Of a stretch of DNA of 39,082 nt, positions 33,135 through 39,082 are shown in pieces. Under the pieces are notes generated by a model. It ran no database searches and was not told the origin of the DNA. It worked only from the letters and a program-made list of their open reading frames with translations. The first letter of the stretch is position 1, and each line of letters starts with the position of its first letter. Both the position numbers and the translations under genes were made by a program. Where the stretch lies: NCBI GenBank assembly GCA_023267595.1, contig JAHFNB010000005.1, positions 1 through 39,082 of the forward strand, given 5' to 3'. Source of the DNA: a bacterium. Lineage in GTDB: Bacteria; Patescibacteriota; Minisyncoccia; Phycocordibacterales; UBA5272.

Positions 33135-35354
33135 ATGCAAAGTTTTATTAAAAACAGTGTGTGGGTTGCTCTCTGTATTATTCCGTTTATTGCTGTCTAT
33201 ATAGCAAATGGACAAGGATTTGATTTCATCAATTGGGGGACACCGGGAATGTTTTTTCCATTTATTTCCGGTAAGAATCTTATATTCCGTGTCCTTGTAG
33301 AAATAGCCTTCGCAGGATGGGTAATACTTGCTCTTTATGATACAAAATATCGTATTAGTATTAAAAAATCTCCACTTACTATCGCATACCTCGTTTTTAT
33401 AGGTATCTTACTTGTTGCAGATATATTCGGGGTTGATCCAATGAAAAGTATTTGGAGTAATTTTGAACGTATGGAAGGATTTGTAGGCCATATTCACTTC
33501 TTTATCTATTTCTTTGTTTTAACTGCAATGCTTCATACGCTTAAAGAATGGCAGACAATGCTTAAGGTATTTATCTGGGCAAATATAGCAGTACTTTTTT
33601 ATGGGTATTGCCAATTAATGGGAGCACCAGGATATATTTTTGCAGATAATCTTCCTGCAAAAATAGTTTCTTACTTCTCTACTGCTTTTCCAGTACATCA
33701 AGGAGGTAATCGACTCGATGCAACAATCGGCAACTCTGCATACTATGCCATCTTTTGTCTTATGTCTGCGTTTATTGCAGGAGTACTTTGGTCACAAATG
33801 CAGAATCCAAAGCAATCACGATTTTATCCGATTCTTATCTTTCTTAACTTCGTAGCAATATTCTACTCTGGAACTCGTGGAACTATTATTGGTCTAGTTT
33901 TCGGTGTACTTGTATCACTTGGTCTTATTGCGTGGCATGAAAAAGGAAAAGCAAGAAAAGTTTTTATTGGTGTGTTACTTGCACTTGCACTTTCTCTTGG
34001 AACATTGCTTGCTTTTAAAGAAACAGATTTTGTAAAATCATCTTCTACACTGTACCGTCTCTCTCATATCTCGCTTGTGGATTTAACGACGATGAGTCGT
34101 ATCTCTATTTGGAAAATAAGTTATGAGGCATGGTTAGAACGGCCAATACTTGGTTATGGACAGGATAATTTCAGTTATATTTATGCTCGTAAGTTTAATC
34201 CAGAAATAATGTGGAATCTTGAACCATGGTATGACCGTTCTCATGATGTATTCTTCGATTGGTTAGTTGCAGGAGGAATACTAGGACTTCTGTCATATTT
34301 ATCGCTATTTGCGGTAGCAATGTGGCTTATGTGGCGGTCTGGAAGTATTATGCCATTCCGCGAAAAAGCAATCATTACAGGTGCACTTGCTGGGTATTTT
34401 ATTCACAATGTTATTGTGTTTGATAACTTAACAAGTTATATCTTATTCTTTGCATTACTTGCTTATATCGTTATTCGTACTGGGGGAGATAAGTTGTTTG
34501 AAAATGGCAAAACCGGTATCAGTACTGAAACTATAAAATTACTCTATGCTCCGATTGTTGGTATTGTACTTGTAGTAACACTCTATTATGTAAACTATCG
34601 TCCGTTTATGGTTAACAGATTACTCATAGGTGCCATGAATGTAAATCAACTTATGCAAAGTATGTCATTTGCAGATGCAGTAAAGATACAAGAGAAATCA
34701 TTTACAGAAGCAATAGCATTAAATACATTAGGTAGCGATGAGGCACGTGAACAATTTTTACAGATGGGTGTACGATTAGTACAAGTAAAACTCCCAACAG
34801 GAATGTCTAAGGAAGAAACACAGTTCTCAACTGAGGCTATCAATTCATTTATCACAAAAGTTCGTGAGGATGTAACATCTTCGTATGATGCTCATAAAAC
34901 AGATGTCCGCATGCTCTCTATTTATGGAATGTTTTTTAATGGCATAGGAGATGGTCCACAAGGGGAGAAGATTCTTACGGAGGCGCATACACTCGCACCA
35001 AATAAACAACTTATTTCTTTCGACTTAGTTCGTTCATACTTACTACAAAGAAAGTTTAAGGAGGCCTATACTCTTGCGCATGAGACATATGATTTACAAC
35101 AAAAGTTCCCTGATGCACAAAAGATATACCTCATTACTTCTGCATATGTAGGAGCATTTAGAGCAGCACAAAATCAGATTATTCAAACAGGTCAGACGGT
35201 ACCATTTGATGCAGATATCTTAAATGCAGTTGTTACTTCAGGACAAATATCTCTTGCGATAGAACTCTTAAATGATGTAAAAGCCCAGAATCCACAGTTT
35301 ACTGCTCAGATAGATGATTACATCAAAAAACTACTTGTCTCTCCTTCAAAATAG
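33135..35354 (+). CDS. O-antigen ligase/polymerase-like (Wzy_C family) membrane protein with helical-repeat C-terminal domain
   Basis: Motifs: GNSAYYAIF, YSGTRGTIIGL, SRISIWK..W..PILGYGQDNF, SHDVFFDWLVAGGILG. The ~250-aa soluble C-terminus has a TPR-like composition. Confidence 0.7.
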   Translation: MQSFIKNSVWVALCIIPFIAVYIANGQGFDFINWGTPGMFFPFISGKNLIFRVLVEIAFAGWVILALYDTKYRISIKKSPLTIAYLVFIGILLVADIFGVDPMKSIWSNFERMEGFVGHIHFFIYFFVLTAMLHTLKEWQTMLKVFIWANIAVLFYGYCQLMGAPGYIFADNLPAKIVSYFSTAFPVHQGGNRLDATIGNSAYYAIFCLMSAFIAGVLWSQMQNPKQSRFYPILIFLNFVAIFYSGTRGTIIGLVFGVLVSLGLIAWHEKGKARKVFIGVLLALALSLGTLLAFKETDFVKSSSTLYRLSHISLVDLTTMSRISIWKISYEAWLERPILGYGQDNFSYIYARKFNPEIMWNLEPWYDRSHDVFFDWLVAGGILGLLSYLSLFAVAMWLMWRSGSIMPFREKAIITGALAGYFIHNVIVFDNLTSYILFFALLAYIVIRTGGDKLFENGKTGISTETIKLLYAPIVGIVLVVTLYYVNYRPFMVNRLLIGAMNVNQLMQSMSFADAVKIQEKSFTEAIALNTLGSDEAREQFLQMGVRLVQVKLPTGMSKEETQFSTEAINSFITKVREDVTSSYDAHKTDVRMLSIYGMFFNGIGDGPQGEKILTEAHTLAPNKQLISFDLVRSYLLQRKFKEAYTLAHETYDLQQKFPDAQKIYLITSAYVGAFRAAQNQIIQTGQTVPFDADILNAVVTSGQISLAIELLNDVKAQNPQFTAQIDDYIKKLLVSPSK

Positions 35355-35368
35355 GGTACACTAATAAG

Positions 35369-35594
35369 GTGAGCGCCTATTGGTATGCTTACAAAATAAA
35401 TAAATGCCTGCGCATGTGCCGCTCGAATAGAGTGGCACTTACGTTTTATATTGGTTATACTACTTTTGTGGAACCCATCGTATTTCATTGCGGTGGGCGA
35501 CCGCGCTCACATAAGGCACTTATTTTGGAGCATGCCACGCTCACCACAATGGAGTGCGAGGCAGAAAAACAACACCGAAAGTGTTGTTTTTCTT
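35369..35594 (+). ncRNA. Candidate structured ncRNA of unknown family (strand tentative)
   Basis: GC-elevated intergenic block between convergent genes. TTGTCT-N16-TACACT (35335-35362) lies upstream. Internal helices include gtgccgctc/gagtggcac, gcggt/accgc, and gtgagcgc pairing with either gcgctcac or cgctcacc. The terminal hairpin aaacaacac-cgaaa-gtgttgttt is followed by a T tract. The only ORF here (35369..35638) runs through the terminator and looks non-coding. Confidence 0.35.
35567..35594. terminator. Bidirectional intrinsic terminator (also serves tsaD)
   Basis: aaacaacac-cgaaa-gtgttgttt is flanked by a T run on the + strand and an A run upstream, which reads as a T run on the - strand. 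Confidence 0.65.
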
Positions 35595-35620
35595 TGTGTG
35601 TTTATTATCCTATAAACTTT

Positions 35621-36802
35621 CTAGCAATTTTCTATTGACCATGAACCATTTGCCACTAACTTTGATTTCGGTTTTACTCCTTCTGAAATGTGAAGTAATC
35701 CAGTGGATGCAATCATAAGACCATTATCTGTTGATAAATCTTTATCCGGGAGAAAGATAGTAAACCCTTCAGTTGTTGCTAATTCTTTGAGTGCAGATCT
35801 AATATGAATATTTGCACTTACTCCACCACCTACGATTAATGTTTTCGCACGAGTTTCATACATTGCTTGTTTTACTTTTGCAACAAGGACATCAGTGATG
35901 GAATTTTCAAATTCAAGCGATAGCATTTTCTTAGTCTCATCAGTAAGAGGTTTTCTTTTATGTACCCGTGTGAGTACTGCAGTTTTTAATCCACTACATG
36001 AAAAATGTAAATCCCCACTATGAAGCATTGGTCGTGGAAGTCGTAAATCTTCATCTGGGACTATTCCTTCTTTTCGTGCTAGTTCTGCTAACCTCGATAT
36101 TTGTGGTCCTCCAGGATATGGTAAATCAAGCATGCGGGCTGCTTTGTCAAATGCTTCACCAACTGCATCATCTTTTGTTTTTCCTATCACTTTGTATGAA
36201 CGTAATTTTGAAATACGAACAATTTCAGTATGACCTCCTGAAATTAAAAGTGCACATGCAGGAAATGAAATATCTGGTATCGAGTAGGTCGTATCTTCTT
36301 TTGATAGGATACCTGCAATGACATGACCTTCCATATGATTGATAGGGTATAGTGGTATATCCCAAACAGTACTTAATGCAAGTGCGCTTGTAATACCTAT
36401 CCATAATGCAGGTTCCAGTCCAGGACCTTGTGTAACTGCAATTGCATCAATGGCCGGCTTTTGTATCCCTTCAAAAAGTACTTTCATGGCTGTTAGCATA
36501 TCTTTTTCTCGGTCAAGAATATTTTCTAGTTTTTTACGTGAAGTAGACGGGATATGGTATACGTGTGTGCGTTCTACGAGTAAATCTGCTTCCTGAAGTG
36601 ATTCTGCGATGAGTTGAGTGAGAGCCTTTGCGTGTTCACGTTTTGCAAGCATTGGAAATACGCCACCATATTTTGCATGGAGGTCTACTTGTGAAAGAAT
36701 CTTATGAGAAAGTACTTCAAAACGTACATGTTTACCACGACTTCGTTTGATGATACATACTGCAGTTTCATCACAACTGGTCTCTATAGAAAGCAAAATC
36801 AT
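35621..36802 (-). CDS. tsaD: tRNA N6-adenosine threonylcarbamoyltransferase
   Basis: Motifs: ILLSIETSCDETAV, GGVFP..A.REH, VTQGPGL, INHMEGH, LISGGHT, DDAVGEAFDK, GGGVSAN, DNGLMIA. Confidence 0.9.
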   Translation of the reverse strand: MILLSIETSCDETAVCIIKRSRGKHVRFEVLSHKILSQVDLHAKYGGVFPMLAKREHAKALTQLIAESLQEADLLVERTHVYHIPSTSRKKLENILDREKDMLTAMKVLFEGIQKPAIDAIAVTQGPGLEPALWIGITSALALSTVWDIPLYPINHMEGHVIAGILSKEDTTYSIPDISFPACALLISGGHTEIVRISKLRSYKVIGKTKDDAVGEAFDKAARMLDLPYPGGPQISRLAELARKEGIVPDEDLRLPRPMLHSGDLHFSCSGLKTAVLTRVHKRKPLTDETKKMLSLEFENSITDVLVAKVKQAMYETRAKTLIVGGGVSANIHIRSALKELATTEGFTIFLPDKDLSTDNGLMIASTGLLHISEGVKPKSKLVANGSWSIENC

Positions 36803-36808
36803 GTCATT

Positions 36809-36817
36809 ATTATAACA
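36809..36817 (-). promoter_or_regulatory. Extended -10 box (minus strand), 6 nt before tsaD ATG
   Basis: Reads TGtTATAAT, then aatgac, then ATG on the minus strand. Confidence 0.5.
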
Positions 36818-36837
36818 GAAATAGGGTAGTAGATATA

Positions 36838-36846
36838 TGGTATAAT
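36838..36846 (+). promoter_or_regulatory. Extended -10 box, 15 nt before ATG 36862
   Basis: TGgTATAAT. The ATG at 36847 abuts the -10 box and so is unlikely to be the start. Confidence 0.45.
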
Positions 36847-36861
36847 ATGGTAACGTTACGT

Positions 36862-37590
36862 ATGAAAGGCATTATTTTATCCGGTGGATCAGGTACACGA
36901 CTACGTCCGCTTACACGAGTTACATCAAAACAATTATTGCCAATTTATAATCGGCCAATGATTTACTATCCTCTTAATACGCTTATAAAAGCAGGTATAA
37001 AAGAAATACTTATTATTATTGCACCAGAAAAAGCAGGAGAATATTTAAATCTTTTAGGATCTGGAAAAGAATTTGGAGTAAAGTTTACCTATGAGATACA
37101 AGATAAACCAAAGGGATTATCCGAAGCCTTTATTATTGGAGAAAAGTTCTTAGATGATGGTGATGATGTAGTTATGATACTCGGGGATAATATCTTTGAA
37201 GAAGATTTGTCAAAGCAGATTGCTTCATTTACAAAAGGTGCACGTATTTTTGCAAAAGAAGTTCATGATCCAGAGCGTTTTGGTGTTGTAGAATTTGACA
37301 AAACTGGAAAAGTTATTTCAATAGAAGAAAAACCAAAAAAGCCAAAGAGTAATTTTGCTATTACAGGTATGTATATATTCGATTCACGTGCAGTTTCTTT
37401 TGCTAAGAAATTAAAACCAAGTAAACGTAATGAATTAGAGATTACTGACCTTATTAAATGCTATATAAAGAGTAAAGAACTTGATGTAAGTATTATCAAG
37501 AAAGAATGGATTGATGCAGGAACATTTGATTCACTTGCTCGCGCAAATCGCTTAGCACAAGAAAAGTTGCATAAGAACTTAATTATTTAA
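36862..37590 (+). CDS. Glucose-1-phosphate thymidylyl/uridylyltransferase-like (short RmlA-type sugar-1-P nucleotidyltransferase)
   Basis: Motifs: MKGIILSGGSGTRLRPLT...SKQLLPIYNRPMIYYPL, LGDNIF, ERFGVVEF, EKPKKPKSNFAITGMY. Confidence 0.8.
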   Translation: MKGIILSGGSGTRLRPLTRVTSKQLLPIYNRPMIYYPLNTLIKAGIKEILIIIAPEKAGEYLNLLGSGKEFGVKFTYEIQDKPKGLSEAFIIGEKFLDDGDDVVMILGDNIFEEDLSKQIASFTKGARIFAKEVHDPERFGVVEFDKTGKVISIEEKPKKPKSNFAITGMYIFDSRAVSFAKKLKPSKRNELEITDLIKCYIKSKELDVSIIKKEWIDAGTFDSLARANRLAQEKLHKNLII

Positions 37591-37592
37591 GA

Positions 37593-38591
37593 TTATTTAT
37601 CTTTCGGCAAAACATTTACTATATTTTGTACCAACCCTTGTGTTTCATAGTTTCCAACAGAAAGCCATGTAGGTAGTCCTAACGTACAAATACCGTTTGT
37701 GTCTTTTGCAAGAGCCATACCACCAGAGTTTCCATTATCAATTTTTGCGGATACGAAATAGTTAGGTTCTCCTACTTGAGATGTGTCATAACCAGAAATG
37801 ATTCCGTTTGTTACGGTACGATAAATGACATTTACTGTACCTATGGTATCTATAGTCAGTGTTGAGTCTCGTTTCGCATATGCAGGATAACCAATGATAA
37901 CTACTGGAGAACCAACAGGCATAAGTGACGGACATTTACGAACTTTTGCGAGGCTATAGTTATAGTTTGCTACAGGAACGCTTAGTGGAGATAGTGAAGG
38001 GCCAATAGTGAGAATTGCCTCGTCAGTGTTTTGATTAAAGGTATAAATAGAACCTTGAATACTGAACAATCCAGTTGTCTGATTTGCACTATTTGTTATA
38101 GACATAATACAACCGTTTGCTCCTTTGATTACATGGTAATTTGTCACAATAGCATATGGGACTTCTTTGAAGTTCCATAATGTTCCACTGCCACTTGATA
38201 CACCATCTTTTATATTACAAAGGACTTGCACAACTCCAGTAGTATATGGTGTTAGATCAGCAGAGGTAATAACAATATCTTTAGGGTCTTTTGCTTGGTT
38301 CTCAAGTGTTTGCGTCAGTGTTTTTATTTGTGCATTTGTTTTATCTGCACTTACTTTTGTTTTTACAAGTTCTTCTTTTGCTTGATCAAGTGCCATTTGT
38401 TGTGCATCGATGAGTTCCTGCGCTTTTTCTTCTTGTGATTGAAGAATTAATTTTTGATTTGCTTCAGTGAGTATAATTTTCTTGTACAGTCTATACCCAC
38501 CATATGAAAGTCCTAGAATGGTACATAGTATGAGAATCATACCTCCTATCATGACATGCCATGCAACTGTTAATGTGATACGTTTTGTCAT
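37593..38591 (-). CDS. Membrane-anchored trypsin-like serine protease (S1/HtrA-like, no PDZ seen)
   Basis: N-terminal TM, then a coiled-coil-like stretch, then the catalytic triad contexts TNYHVI (His), TDEAIL (Asp) and DNGNSGG (Ser). Confidence 0.75.
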   Translation of the reverse strand: MTKRITLTVAWHVMIGGMILILCTILGLSYGGYRLYKKIILTEANQKLILQSQEEKAQELIDAQQMALDQAKEELVKTKVSADKTNAQIKTLTQTLENQAKDPKDIVITSADLTPYTTGVVQVLCNIKDGVSSGSGTLWNFKEVPYAIVTNYHVIKGANGCIMSITNSANQTTGLFSIQGSIYTFNQNTDEAILTIGPSLSPLSVPVANYNYSLAKVRKCPSLMPVGSPVVIIGYPAYAKRDSTLTIDTIGTVNVIYRTVTNGIISGYDTSQVGEPNYFVSAKIDNGNSGGMALAKDTNGICTLGLPTWLSVGNYETQGLVQNIVNVLPKDK

Positions 38592-38628
38592 TTGCTAGTA
38601 AGCCTTAGATATCGTAGAGTATATCATG

Positions 38629-39075
38629 ATGAAAATCCTTATTTTGAGTATTGGTAAAGAACATAATGATGTCTATGAAGACAGTATCAGGCATTTCCAA
38701 ATGCGGATTTTACGCTACCTTCCACTTGAATGGTTGTACATTCCTCATGATGTGACAAAAGAAAAAGAAGGAGAAAAAATACTCTCTCATATCAAGAAAG
38801 AAGATTACGTAGTTTTACTTGATGAAAAAGGAAAGGATATAAAAAGTGAAGCATTAGCAGAACTTATAGAAAATAGAATGGTAGATGGTGCACGTAAAAT
38901 GGTGTTTATTATAGGTGGTGCATATGGTGTTTCAAAGAATATTGAAGAACGTGCGAACTATACATGGAAGTTATCGTCACTTATATTTCCTCATATGTTA
39001 GTGCGAGTGATTGTTCTAGAACAGATTTATCGTGCAATGACGATAATCAAAGGGGAGAAGTATCATCATGAGTAG
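38629..39075 (+). CDS. rlmH: 23S rRNA (pseudouridine1915-N3)-methyltransferase
   Basis: SPOUT family: MKILILSIGK..., LDEKGK, FIIGGAYGVS, LSSLIFPHMLVRVIVLEQIYRA. ATG 38626 is an alternative start. Confidence 0.85.
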   Translation: MKILILSIGKEHNDVYEDSIRHFQMRILRYLPLEWLYIPHDVTKEKEGEKILSHIKKEDYVVLLDEKGKDIKSEALAELIENRMVDGARKMVFIIGGAYGVSKNIEERANYTWKLSSLIFPHMLVRVIVLEQIYRAMTIIKGEKYHHE

Positions 39076-39082
39076 TTGGTGA

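Noticed and set aside
35369-35638. 89-aa plus-strand ORF in the Wzy-tsaD intergenic block.
   Set aside because: It runs through an intrinsic terminator hairpin and into tsaD. It is Cys/His/Arg-rich with no start signals. The region is better explained as structured RNA or non-coding DNA.
1-39082. I looked for CRISPR arrays, transposases, integrases, phage genes, restriction-modification or other recognisable defence genes.
   Set aside because: No regularly spaced direct repeats were seen, and none of the ORF translations carry the motifs of these families that I can recognise by eye.

Overview
This is an AT-rich, tightly packed bacterial fragment, roughly one third G+C by eye. It looks like a Candidate Phyla Radiation (Patescibacteria/Parcubacteria-type) genome; that placement is inference from the divergent 16S rRNA, its expansion insert and the unlinked rRNA arrangement. 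The window opens with the last ~590 nt of a 16S rRNA gene. That gene carries a 127-nt hairpin expansion and lacks the canonical CCUCC anti-Shine-Dalgarno tail. A 1.3-kb spacer follows. It holds a GC-elevated cassette (one antisense ORF, a strong promoter, SD-bearing small ORFs, two GC-rich terminators), a D-arm-less tRNA-like element and tRNA-Ile(GAU). No 23S rRNA gene follows. About 30 kb of the rest is cell-envelope glycan biosynthesis. Sub-cluster 2020-10795 encodes a HAD hydrolase, a GT-C::phosphoribulokinase-family fusion, a class II aldolase, a GDPD, two nucleotidyltransferase paralogs, a TylF-type methyltransferase and a large membrane protein. Sub-cluster 19850-35354 encodes SDR sugar-nucleotide enzymes (one resembling eukaryote/virus-type NRS/ER), an acyltransferase, a Wzx-like flippase, GT2/GT9-like/GT25/GT32/GT-D-like transferases, two FkbM methyltransferases, a NodU/CmcH carbamoyltransferase and an O-antigen-ligase-like polymerase. 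Housekeeping genes are interspersed (murB, rsmI, tsaD, rlmH, a short RmlA-like gene), along with a soluble TraD/VirD4-like ATPase next to a secreted lamin-tail/PKD protein and a trypsin-like protease. The main non-obvious signals are: many extended -10 boxes sitting 5-9 nt before start codons, implying leaderless mRNAs; a single GC-rich IMPase-family gene with its own promoter and terminator; a 125-bp palindromic element that contains both stop codons of a convergent gene pair; and a structured, GC-elevated ~225-nt intergenic candidate ncRNA. All functional calls come from motif recognition by eye. No database search was possible, and start codons are often uncertain.
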